DNA from: Candidatus Altiarchaeota archaeon
GTDB taxonomy: Archaea > Altiarchaeota > Altiarchaeia > IMC4 > QMZM01
Length of the DNA: 45,205 nucleotides
NCBI GenBank assembly: GCA_016931955.1
Contig: JAFGDV010000036.1
Location: 1-45,205 of the forward strand
Direction: 5' to 3'
Part shown: piece after piece, positions 37,169 to 45,205 of the stretch
Layout: each line of letters starts with the position of its first letter
Position numbering within the stretch: the first letter of the stretch is position 1
Notes under the pieces: model-generated
The model's database searches: none
What the model was told of the DNA's origin: nothing
The model's input: only the letters and a program-made list of their open reading frames with translations
Position numbers and translations under genes: made by a program

Positions 37169-37633
37169 ATGATTAGGAAGATACTTGCTATCACAGTAGG
37201 TGCAGCAATTTATCCGCTGTCGTTCTGGATCCTGTTCCTGGGCCCTATGATGTCTGGTTTCGTTGCGGGATGGATCGCTAAGACAAAGCCGAAAGAAGGC
37301 TTCATCCTAGGTGTGGTCTCAGCGTTTCTTGGTTTCCTCATCCTAGTGCACGCATTAGACGTCTTCAACATAGGGATCATCACCCTCTCAGACGTCCTGT
37401 TCTTCTGGATATTCATGCTATGGAATCTCTTCGGGTTCCTCCTTGCAGGAGTAGGCGGCGTATTGGGTTCACTGCTTTCTAAACCCGTTGAAGCCTTGAA
37501 GGAGACTAAAAAACCCCTGAAGGATTTCAAGGAACCTGCTGCAGAGGTATACTTGGTCTGCCCCAGCTGCGGACACAGCAATTCAGAGGAAGATGAATAC
37601 TGCAAATCCTGCGGAACCCGGCTTGTGGGATGA
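37169..37633 (+). CDS. membrane protein with C-terminal zinc ribbon
   Basis: ATG at 37169; Gly-rich TM helices (GP..SGFVAG); CPSCG...YCKSCG. Confidence 0.8.
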   Translation: MIRKILAITVGAAIYPLSFWILFLGPMMSGFVAGWIAKTKPKEGFILGVVSAFLGFLILVHALDVFNIGIITLSDVLFFWIFMLWNLFGFLLAGVGGVLGSLLSKPVEALKETKKPLKDFKEPAAEVYLVCPSCGHSNSEEDEYCKSCGTRLVG

Positions 37634-38243
37634 GATCCAGATAGAGGATGAGTGGGTGGGTATCCCAGAGAAGAGGCCTAACCCAGTGGTGGCTGCTTTA
37701 AAGGATATCCTGGTATTAATCGAGGTCTGCGCAATCGCCTACGCCATAGGTATCGCTCCAGGATACGTCCTCTTCGAGGAAAGCACCAATATCCTGAACC
37801 CCCTGCTAGGGAGCATAAAAAACGAGTTCGGCATGAAGGAATCGACATACCAGCTTGCCGTCGCCATATTCTTGAACAACACGAGAAGCACGCTCCTGAT
37901 ACTCCTGAGCGGGACCCTGCTCTTCATACCATTGCTTACGTTAATGTTCAACGGCTTTCTCACCGGCTTCGTCCTGAGGATGGTCCTCGAGCAAGGGCGC
38001 TCCATCACCTTCTTCATCCTCGGCATCCTACCGCATGGAATATTCGAGCTCCCAGCAGTATTCATCTCAGCTGCAATCGGGCTCAGAATAGGCCTATCCT
38101 ACCTGTTCCCTAGAGGCAAAAGGGTTGTGGAAGTAAGCCAAAGCATTAGGAATGCGGGGATTATCTACCTCCTAGTTGTACTCCCCCTCCTGCTCTTGGC
38201 CGCATTCATAGAAGCCTACATCTCAACTGCATTGATCCTGTAG
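37593..38243 (+). CDS. SpoIIM/DUF95 family membrane protein
   Basis: IFLNN, NGF..G, GILPHGIFELPA, LLAAFIEAY; true start may be GTG near 37656. Confidence 0.9.
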   Translation: MNTANPAEPGLWDEIQIEDEWVGIPEKRPNPVVAALKDILVLIEVCAIAYAIGIAPGYVLFEESTNILNPLLGSIKNEFGMKESTYQLAVAIFLNNTRSTLLILLSGTLLFIPLLTLMFNGFLTGFVLRMVLEQGRSITFFILGILPHGIFELPAVFISAAIGLRIGLSYLFPRGKRVVEVSQSIRNAGIIYLLVVLPLLLLAAFIEAYISTALIL

Positions 38244-38301
38244 AGCATAACTGAGGGGAGTCGTATGCCTTTTATTTACTTGAATCAATAGATAAACAAG
38301 A

Positions 38302-38709
38302 ATGTTAAAGACGAAACAAGAGACTAAAACACAAAAAAAGGCAAGCAACGGCAGACTCCTCCCGCAGAGACAGCTTAAGGACATAAAAAAGGAGGTTGGA
38401 GAGGATACGAAGGCCCTTCTCTTGGCTGCGAAAACCTCCTTGGGGGAAAAACCTGCTGGGATGAAGCAGATATCCTTAAGAGACCTAGAGGAACCCCAAG
38501 AAAAACCAACCAACGTTGAAGCTACAGAATCAGAGATCATAAACGTTAAAAGCATCCCTGACAGGGGTTCATTAATCGAAGTCAGGGACTTCAATGAACT
38601 GAGGAAGGTGGGTAAGGCTTTTAGGTTCATAAACTGCTACGAAGACGAAAAACAGAGGGTGTATTTTGTAGGCGACTATTTTTATAGGGTAGACAAGAAG
38701 CTGCGATGA
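38302..38709 (+). CDS. hypothetical protein
   Basis: 135-aa ORF with low-complexity N-terminus and ordered C-terminus; ATGA overlap with the next gene. Confidence 0.6.
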   Translation: MLKTKQETKTQKKASNGRLLPQRQLKDIKKEVGEDTKALLLAAKTSLGEKPAGMKQISLRDLEEPQEKPTNVEATESEIINVKSIPDRGSLIEVRDFNELRKVGKAFRFINCYEDEKQRVYFVGDYFYRVDKKLR

Positions 38710-39170
38710 AAAACAAGGTGCTGGTTGGGGGATTAATCCTCCTCTTATCATTGAACACAGGATGCGTTGGCATGGAGGGACTCCAGGATTTCTTGGGTGG
38801 GGGGAAACCGGCTGAAACAACCACGACCACATATAGTTCAACTTCGTCCACGACGACCTTGACCGATGAAACGACCACAACCTCCACTTCAACCTCTACC
38901 TCGACGTCGACTTCTACTTCTACTACTTCGACCACCTTCATGTATGTTAAATGCGAACGCCAGTGGGGTCAAAAAGCTAGGGATGAATGCTACCGCGACC
39001 TTGCATTGGAGAGGAAGAACCCAGAGATATGCTTCCTAGTGCAATTGAAGAGCTTCCGAGACAACTGCTTCCACAGCGTGGCATTGGAAACCAAAGACAC
39101 TGCACTCTGCAACTACGTCATGGACAACATCCAACGAGAGCGCTGCTACACCTACACACAACAAGAATAG
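38706..39170 (+). CDS. Thr-linker lipoprotein with C...RDxCY repeats
   Basis: Lipobox NTGC, poly-Thr/Ser, three C-x7-R(D/E)xC(Y/F) repeats. Confidence 0.8.
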   Translation: MKNKVLVGGLILLLSLNTGCVGMEGLQDFLGGGKPAETTTTTYSSTSSTTTLTDETTTTSTSTSTSTSTSTSTTSTTFMYVKCERQWGQKARDECYRDLALERKNPEICFLVQLKSFRDNCFHSVALETKDTALCNYVMDNIQRERCYTYTQQE

Positions 39171-39176
39171 CTGTAG

Positions 39177-42100
39177 TCAAGAGGCTGTGCTGCGACTATT
39201 CTTTCTTCTTTTCAATAAGAGTAATACTAGTATGACGACCAATAGCAGGGCTGCGACCAAGATAAGGTTTAGGTCAAAGCCCCCTACTATAGATTCTCTC
39301 TTCGGCGTCTCATCAGCCGCAATCCGCTGCCTGATTTCCTCAGGGAGCTCAGGTCTGTCGTCGAAAGACATGTTCTGCAGGCGTTCAGGCGACCAGTCTC
39401 CTGTCTCTTCTACATCGGAGACCTTATTATCATCTATGTCGACCGACTCACAGTATGGGTCAGTCCAATTCACCTCTTCACAGTAGTTCCAGACCGCCGG
39501 CCCGAGGTCTACGGTAACCATAAGCTCACCTGTTGAGCCGTTGAATATGTTAAGCCATCTCACTCCGCTGTGCATGGGCACGACCAGCGTGAACATTGTG
39601 TCCTCCGAGAATACTCGGACTGGGCTGCCTTCTGAGTCTGCCATGGTGACCCTCGGGTCTGAGAACGTGAATCTGTCAATCTCTCTCCCTTCTGCGGACG
39701 CCGTCAAACCGACGAAGTCTGTCATCCACATCCCAAGGTCAGGGTGGTTGGGAACTACTCTTGACATTATTCCCCTCATCTTCCCCTGCCTGAATTCGAC
39801 GTAGCTTATTATCCCCTTTGAGCCGCCGCTCGGCCAGTTAGAGAAGACGTGGTTTATCCGTCTGACGTCGGCTTCCTTGAAGACTGAGTCTGCTGCGTTA
39901 GCCCGCATGACGTCGCTTCTCGGCGTGTCGCTGTCGTACCTGTACTTGTCTTTCGAGCAGGTGACTGTGCCGTTTTCGTCGACGTTCCTTATCTGCCTGC
40001 ATGTTCCATTAGTCCAACCCTCTGAGGCTGCTGTGTTCATGCAGTCGCTCAGCGAATTCCATATGTTTGGCTTAGTGCCCGCCCTGCTGTACGCTGTGTC
40101 GCCGCAGTATTCGTCAGTGAGTCCCAAGAGCGAGTGACCGAACTCGTGTATTATCACCGCACCCTGGTTTTGGTACTCCGACTGGAAGTGAGATGTTGGC
40201 CCGAATCCTGAGCATCCTCGTATGTCTGGGTTGGTGTATATTATTCCTGCAGAGTCTGCGAAGGACGCATGTTCCCAGAAGTGGTCTGGCTCGTATGCAA
40301 AGCATCCGCAGCCGAAGCCCAATGTCAGGGCGCAGGTGAACGAGCAGGCGTAGACCCAGTCGTGGTAGGCTTTTTCTCCTGGCAGCCAGCCTTTGCAGCC
40401 GATGCATAGGTAACCTTCAGGGCCTTCGGGGTCGTAGCAGCTGTCGGCGTCGCTGGTGGCGTCTCCTTTTCCGCCCCTGTAGAGGTAGAAGTTGAACATG
40501 TCTTCGTAGCCTGCGTGTATAGGCCTGATCGATATGGCGTCGAGTTCCAAGAACCGGGCTCTTATCGCCTCCTTTATGCGGGCTTCGAAGCCGGTCCAGT
40601 TGCTGCCCCAGTCTTCTTCCGGCACGAAGACCACGTCAATGTATCCGTCGTTGGGTCTGCCTTTTATCCTCAACGGCACTATCTTTGAGTCGCACCAAGT
40701 GCATTCCACACATTCACTGCATTTTCCGCCGCAGTCTATGCCAAGTTCGCCAAATCCTTGATACAGGTCAGCGCAGTCGCATGCGTCGTCTACGCCGTCG
40801 CCGTCTATGTCGTCGACTGCTGGAGAGCAACACTGACTGCAGCCTTTGGTGCCTTCGTCGCTCCAGCCCGGGGATCTGCTGCATATGTTGTCTCTTCCGG
40901 TGTTGTCTGTGCCCTGATTGTGGACGTCATTTGAGTTGTTGCATACCGTGTTCTCCTCAAGGCGGTTTCTGTTGCTCGTCGGGTCTATGTAGATCCCTCC
41001 CCCAGTGTCCCTTATCGTGTTCCCTCTTATCGTGTTTTCGTCTGATGACTCCTCCACTGTTATGCCCTTGACCGACGCTGGGCCATTGCCTCCGGTTATC
41101 GTGTTGCCTTCGAGGGTGTTGGAATCCGACATATAAAATTGTATTCCTGCTATCTCATAGTCTGTTATCTCGCCTACATCCTTGACGAGGGTGCCGCTTG
41201 ACAGGTATATGTACACCCCCCTGTCGCATCCCCTCAGATTGCCCTGCTCTACCAAGGTGTCGCTGCTTTTCTCGACCGAGATGCAGTCCCTCTCCAGGTC
41301 AGTCACCTGACCGCTTATGAGTCTAATGTCGGTTGAATTGATGACTGCTATCCCATGATAGGCTTCTCTGACGCTTGGGTTTGTGAATTCGACGTTCCTT
41401 GAATCCATTACAATTATTCCATCAGAATTTGTCCCACTGTTGTCTACCTCGACTCCTGAGAACGTTGAATCCCGTACATTACATAGTATCAGTTCACTGT
41501 ATCTCCTGTCTGCCGGATATGCTATGTTAAGCCCACTTGTATCGTGGTAGTAGCCTATTTTCCGGCCGCCGCTGCCTTTATTTGATTCAGGTATGCTGTT
41601 ATCGCATCTTGCGTTCGTGTACAATGAGTACTGTCTTCCTTCGATTTCGTTTGTAGTGAACTTGTTGTCCCAGACGCCGCCTTCCAAGTAGACGCCATAT
41701 ACATCATTCGGCACTATCGTGTTATCGCTGACGTTGTTGCTCCTCGACGGCATGTATCCGCCCCTCATCACGAGCCCATAATCATTGTTTCTTATTCCAT
41801 TGAAGAAGAGCCTGCTGTGTGATGCCCCATCCATCAGCACACCCGTCCCATAGTTTTCTACGCCACAGTCCCGCAGCTCCACGTTCACTTTGTTCTTTAT
41901 TTCAACTCCGACTCCGCTGCCTGAGCCAGTTATCCAGTGGCCGTCGCAGTCCAGCGTCACGTGGCTTGCTCCGAAGGAGAGGCCGTCAGGTGAGTTGATG
42001 CTTCTTGTGAGCGTGATTGTCCCATAGTCTCCTGACGAGAGCGCGTCCCTGAGCCCAGAGGATGAGCTTACCGACGTCATGGCGTCTGCAGTGCATGTGG

Positions 42101-43073
42101 TCTCACACCATGTCACATCAGAATCTGAGTTCCAGTTGTAGATGAGGTCGCAGATGTTTTCTCTCAATGTGTTCCCACTAGACTTCGCGTAGGGGCTCGT
42201 GTAGATGTCTGCCACCGTGTTCCTGCAGAGCCTGTTTTCCTCGATCCTCGTGTTCTTGTTGCCTGCTAGGTAGACGCCTTCCTGGTTTTCGGTTATCGTG
42301 TTCTTCAGCAGCCTGTTGCCGTCTGAGCCGTCCGCTACCTCCCCTGTCGCATTATTTAGTCTCCCCCCGCCGAGCCAGATTCCTGCTGCATTCTCTCTGA
42401 TGGTGTTGTTCTCGATGAGGCTGTTTTTCGCGGAATATGCTGCTATCCCCGCCTCGAATCCCTCTATGGTACAGTTCCGTATCGTGTTACCGGAGCCGCG
42501 CAGGTCTACTCCGTAGTAGAATTCCAGTCCTACGCCGAAGCCGCTGATCTTATGGCCTTGACAGTCTAATACTACGTTACTAGCATCGAAGAGGATGCAT
42601 GTCCCTGTAGTGCTTGACAGGTCTCGTCCTACTTTAACCTCTGTCTTTCCACCCTTAATCTCGTCTGTGCAGCTTTTACATGAGGTGCAGCCAATCTCGG
42701 CTGGTGGTCTTACCACATAGGACAGCGTCGTCGTTGGGGTGCTTAATCTTGCTGTGGTCGTGGTCGTCGTCGCCTTTCCTCCCTCCATGAAACAGTACTT
42801 CGGCGTCATTATGAGGGCCACCGCAGTCTGCGAGGTATAGTAGCCGCAGACTTCTTTGCTGCATTTCACGGGGTTCTTGTATGAGTTCTTCGCCTGCGCT
42901 TCAGTCATGCACTCGCAGCCGCCCGAGCATTTGATGAGCGTCGTAGTAGTGGTCGTGGTCGTCGTCACTATCGGGATGAACGTGATCTTCGGAGTCGTTA
43001 TGAACGGATACTGTGCGCACACAAAAGAGACGAACAAAAGAATAACAACTGCTGAGAGAATCTTCTTATCCAA
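39177..43073 (-). CDS. large surface protein: right-handed beta-helix (NosD/PbH1) regions plus M64-like zinc metallopeptidase and C-terminal TM anchor
   Basis: Signal peptide; TLDC.GH.I.G and NTI..N..GIY repeats; DIDGDGVDDACD; IDVVFVP...FNFY...HEFGHSLLGLTDEY...DVMR; TM plus KRRK tail. Confidence 0.88.
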   Translation of the reverse strand: MDKKILSAVVILLFVSFVCAQYPFITTPKITFIPIVTTTTTTTTTLIKCSGGCECMTEAQAKNSYKNPVKCSKEVCGYYTSQTAVALIMTPKYCFMEGGKATTTTTTARLSTPTTTLSYVVRPPAEIGCTSCKSCTDEIKGGKTEVKVGRDLSSTTGTCILFDASNVVLDCQGHKISGFGVGLEFYYGVDLRGSGNTIRNCTIEGFEAGIAAYSAKNSLIENNTIRENAAGIWLGGGRLNNATGEVADGSDGNRLLKNTITENQEGVYLAGNKNTRIEENRLCRNTVADIYTSPYAKSSGNTLRENICDLIYNWNSDSDVTWCETTCTADAMTSVSSSSGLRDALSSGDYGTITLTRSINSPDGLSFGASHVTLDCDGHWITGSGSGVGVEIKNKVNVELRDCGVENYGTGVLMDGASHSRLFFNGIRNNDYGLVMRGGYMPSRSNNVSDNTIVPNDVYGVYLEGGVWDNKFTTNEIEGRQYSLYTNARCDNSIPESNKGSGGRKIGYYHDTSGLNIAYPADRRYSELILCNVRDSTFSGVEVDNSGTNSDGIIVMDSRNVEFTNPSVREAYHGIAVINSTDIRLISGQVTDLERDCISVEKSSDTLVEQGNLRGCDRGVYIYLSSGTLVKDVGEITDYEIAGIQFYMSDSNTLEGNTITGGNGPASVKGITVEESSDENTIRGNTIRDTGGGIYIDPTSNRNRLEENTVCNNSNDVHNQGTDNTGRDNICSRSPGWSDEGTKGCSQCCSPAVDDIDGDGVDDACDCADLYQGFGELGIDCGGKCSECVECTWCDSKIVPLRIKGRPNDGYIDVVFVPEEDWGSNWTGFEARIKEAIRARFLELDAISIRPIHAGYEDMFNFYLYRGGKGDATSDADSCYDPEGPEGYLCIGCKGWLPGEKAYHDWVYACSFTCALTLGFGCGCFAYEPDHFWEHASFADSAGIIYTNPDIRGCSGFGPTSHFQSEYQNQGAVIIHEFGHSLLGLTDEYCGDTAYSRAGTKPNIWNSLSDCMNTAASEGWTNGTCRQIRNVDENGTVTCSKDKYRYDSDTPRSDVMRANAADSVFKEADVRRINHVFSNWPSGGSKGIISYVEFRQGKMRGIMSRVVPNHPDLGMWMTDFVGLTASAEGREIDRFTFSDPRVTMADSEGSPVRVFSEDTMFTLVVPMHSGVRWLNIFNGSTGELMVTVDLGPAVWNYCEEVNWTDPYCESVDIDDNKVSDVEETGDWSPERLQNMSFDDRPELPEEIRQRIAADETPKRESIVGGFDLNLILVAALLLVVILVLLLLKRRKNSRSTAS

Positions 43074-43231
43074 TTAACTCACCCCATATAACTTAGGTGG
43101 AGTATATTAAATAGCAGAAAAAAAAACTAAACATCCCAGAAGAAACCGCCAATCAGCAGAGCCACTAAGCGACATCAGGAAGCGCATGTGGCTCCCTGGT
43201 GTCAACTGACAGAGGCAGTTGCTGGGGAAGG

Positions 43232-43325
43232 AAATGTCTTTGTTTGCCACATGCGTGTAGATCTGTGTTGTTTTAAAGTCTTTATGTCCGCTTTTGATTT
43301 TTACTTCTTCAATAAGTTTGCTTAT
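43232..43325 (-). pseudogene. tyrosine recombinase/integrase remnant (C-terminal catalytic box)
   Basis: Minus strand translates ISKLIEEVKIKSGHKDFKTTQIYTHVANKDI, the Xer/Int box II GH...TTQIYTHV including the catalytic Tyr; no intact gene. Confidence 0.8.
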
Positions 43326-43472
43326 TAAGCAGCATTTTTCTGGTGAATAATTTTTACTGCTCTCCTCTATGGTGATTAGGGAGAGTGTATAAATCTCGTT
43401 TTTTCCCCATTTTATGGTTTAAACAAGTGTTTATCCCGCTTAATTGAGTCCGCTCTGATAGAAAGAATTTAT

Positions 43473-44066
43473 ATGCGAGCGTTAAATAATCTGACTATGA
43501 ATAGGATACATCATAGGATTAGATACCCTAAGCTGTTATTGTTGCTAGCAACTATCATAGTTGCAGCCGTGCTATTTCAGGAAAGTAAAGATTATGGTCC
43601 ATTACACGATTTTCTTATGTCTCTTGGTTATATTGGAACGTTTCTGGGTGGGATTTTTTATGCTTATGGATTTACTGCAGCGCCAGCAACCGCAGTGTTA
43701 TTGGTGCTTGCGAAAGAACAGTGCCTTGTTTTAGCAGTATTAGTCGGGGGTTTAGGCGCTGTGCTAAGTGATCTGTTAATCTTTAGTTTTATCAGATATT
43801 CTTTCATGGATGAAATTGAGGAACTAGAAAAAGAAAAAATCGTTAAATATATCGAAAAAGAAGAAAAAATCATATTTGGCCACTACTATAAGCACATATT
43901 CCCTGCTCTCGCCGGTTTCTTAATCGCCTCCCCTTTACCTACTGAACTCGGCGTAGTTATGATGACTAGCGTCAAAGAAATATCCCTAAAAAAATTCACG
44001 ATAATTGCGTATCTATTGCACTGTCTGGGGATACTCGCAATCTTAGCAATCGGTAATCTTATATAA
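43473..44066 (+). CDS. hypothetical multi-pass membrane protein (DedA/VTT-like), AT-rich
   Basis: About 6 TM; GGLGAVLSDLLIF..IR and IASPLPTELG; start may be ATG at 43497. Confidence 0.75.
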   Translation: MRALNNLTMNRIHHRIRYPKLLLLLATIIVAAVLFQESKDYGPLHDFLMSLGYIGTFLGGIFYAYGFTAAPATAVLLVLAKEQCLVLAVLVGGLGAVLSDLLIFSFIRYSFMDEIEELEKEKIVKYIEKEEKIIFGHYYKHIFPALAGFLIASPLPTELGVVMMTSVKEISLKKFTIIAYLLHCLGILAILAIGNLI

Positions 44067-44124
44067 GGCTGACTCGTATCAACACAATCAGATATCTATC
44101 GGAAGTAAGCCTCTAAGAAAAGCT

Positions 44125-44323
44125 TGCGGGGGAAGGGATTCGAACCCTCGAAGGCCTTCGCCACAGGATCTCTTTGAACCCCTTTTCTTTGGGAAAGAAA
44201 AGGTGTTTCATCCCCAAAAGAAAAGCCGCATTGCGGCTGATTCCATTTCATGGAATCCTTTTCTCTCAGAGGGTATAAAGCTCCCTTAAGTCCTGCCCCT
44301 TTGGCCAGCTCGGGCACCCCCGC
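44125..44323 (-). tRNA. tRNA-Leu(UAA) with 115-nt intron at 37/38 (exons 44323-44285 and 44169-44125)
   Basis: GCGGGGGTGCCCGAGCTGGCCAAAGGGGCAGGACTTAAG | ATCCTGTGGCGAAGGCCTTCGAGGGTTCGAATCCCTTCCCCCGCA: acceptor stem, CAGGA/TCCTG anticodon stem, long variable arm, T-loop, A73; no encoded CCA. Confidence 0.95.
44170..44284 (-). other. structured tRNA intron
   Basis: Interrupts the anticodon loop; relaxed BHB; three internal palindromes (44181-44203, 44224-44238, 44239-44257). Boundary ambiguous by up to 2 nt because of a repeated AG. Confidence 0.85.
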
Positions 44324-44559
44324 ATGGGATAAAATAAGCCCTATTTAGCCTTCTTTTACGATTTAGAAGCTAATTTAGGCTTTATTTACGTTTTACAGAA
44401 TCCTCCTGTTTCTAAAACAGGATTCACATGTTTCCCTGTTTATCTAACAAAGGCTGTTTAAAGCCCCGTACCCCAAGTTACACCCTAATAACAACCTGAT
44501 CTAATTACAGAGGATGTTAGGGATAAAATTATAGTGAATTCAGCATAAAATAATAACTT

Positions 44560-44585
44560 AAAGCTTGCGGGGGATAAGATTCGAA
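44560..44585 (-). repeat. degenerate copy of the tRNA-Leu 3' end (att-like)
   Basis: aaagcttgcgggggaTAAgattcgaa versus aaagcttgcgggggaAGGgattcgaa at 44119-44144 (23/26 identical). Confidence 0.8.
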
Positions 44586-44649
44586 GATGAAATTTACATG
44601 AGGGCCTATGTCTAAAACATATTTAGGTTATGGGGCTTATATATTATCC

Positions 44650-45205
44650 ATGGCTTCGATGAGAAGTTTTTTAGTTTTGTTTATGGTGATAGCAATCTCA
44701 TTTCTTAGTGGATGTTCTTTTTGGAACAAAATCGAAGCCCAACAAATTGTCGAATGCCCTGAATGCGACTTAAATCAACACCCAAATGCACAACATCAAT
44801 GCATGATTCCCTGCATGAAAAAATGCCTTGAATTCGAGACTGCGGCAACCACATATCATAAAAGCATCGAAAAAGGAGAGGTCAAATGTGTATGCCATTG
44901 CCAATCAGACGCTATAGATGAACTAAACCTGGCCAAAGCAGTAATCAACAAAGACGAATCCTACTGTGAGAAAATCCCAACCACCGAAGGAACAGCTAAA
45001 AGAGACTACTGTTACATCTATGTTGCAGGAGAAAAAGTCGAAGGGGGATTATGCGAAAAAATCACTGCAAGGTCAGGAGCTAACTCAAAAGACATGTGTT
45101 ATGTGAATCTGGCAATACAAACAAAAAACATCACATTATGTGATAAAATAATTACTGAATCAGGTTACAACTCAAAAGATGCCTGCTTCCTACTATTAGC
45201 ACAGA
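44650..45205 (+). CDS. Cys-rich lipoprotein with C..I....(R/K)DxCY repeats (3'-truncated by window; absent from ORF track)
   Basis: Open from ATG 44650 to the window end: MASMRSFLVLFMVIAISFLSGC...YCEKI..KRDYCY..LCEKI..SKDMCY..LCDKI..SKDACF. Confidence 0.85.
   Translation, partial: MASMRSFLVLFMVIAISFLSGCSFWNKIEAQQIVECPECDLNQHPNAQHQCMIPCMKKCLEFETAATTYHKSIEKGEVKCVCHCQSDAIDELNLAKAVINKDESYCEKIPTTEGTAKRDYCYIYVAGEKVEGGLCEKITARSGANSKDMCYVNLAIQTKNITLCDKIITESGYNSKDACFLLLAQ

Noticed and set aside
37593-38243. Sporulation function implied by the SpoIIM name
   Set aside because: DUF95/SpoIIM proteins are widespread in non-sporulating archaea, and there are no other sporulation genes.
44195-44275. Hammerhead ribozyme in the tRNA intron (CUGAGAG...GAAAC)
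   Set aside because: The core needs CUGANGA; the sequence reads CUGAGAG, and the stems do not give hammerhead topology.
44096-44317. 73-aa ORF (MPELAKGAG...)
   Set aside because: It overlies tRNA-Leu and its intron; a shadow ORF.
44442-44522. Possible integron attC (ATCTAAC ... GTTAGGG, 81 nt)
   Set aside because: R boxes are only partly complementary, L boxes are non-canonical, there is no cassette ORF directly upstream and only one copy. An IntegronFinder attC covariance hit would reopen it.

Overview
Archaeal chromosomal window of mostly housekeeping genes. The archaeal assignment rests on a GHMP-type shikimate kinase, A1Ao ATP synthase, Trm11, archaeal PPAT, deoxyhypusine synthase, Ftr and an intron-containing tRNA; the mix of Ftr and many Cys/Thr-rich surface proteins suggests Ca. 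Altiarchaeota, which is inference only. Left to right: an IS200/IS605-type end hairpin; a lipoprotein/membrane protein/NTPase/ftr operon; nadE-yjbQ-aroK-trkH-gatB; trm11, ilvB and a CBS gene; then the most unusual block (13.9-16.1 kb), where three tandem stand-alone CBS-pair genes are flanked by three paralogues of a small helical protein I cannot assign to a family (shared motif FEKFxxRYxxDxxLQxxxxxFxxYL). That block lies directly downstream of a rearranged A-type ATP synthase cluster (H-E-F-A-B-D / K / C / I plus an AtpZ-like gene). Further right are secDF, coaD, an orphan circularly permuted ATP-grasp-like ligase, MgtC, a KaiC-like ATPase with a roadblock-like partner, Cys-rich surface proteins and a 1298-aa beta-helix/metallopeptidase. 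The AT-richer right end holds a tyrosine-recombinase remnant, tRNA-Leu(UAA) with a 115-nt intron built of palindromes, a degenerate upstream copy of the tRNA 3' end, and a lipoprotein ORF missing from the ORF track that runs off the window. All family calls come from motif recognition by eye; no searches were run.
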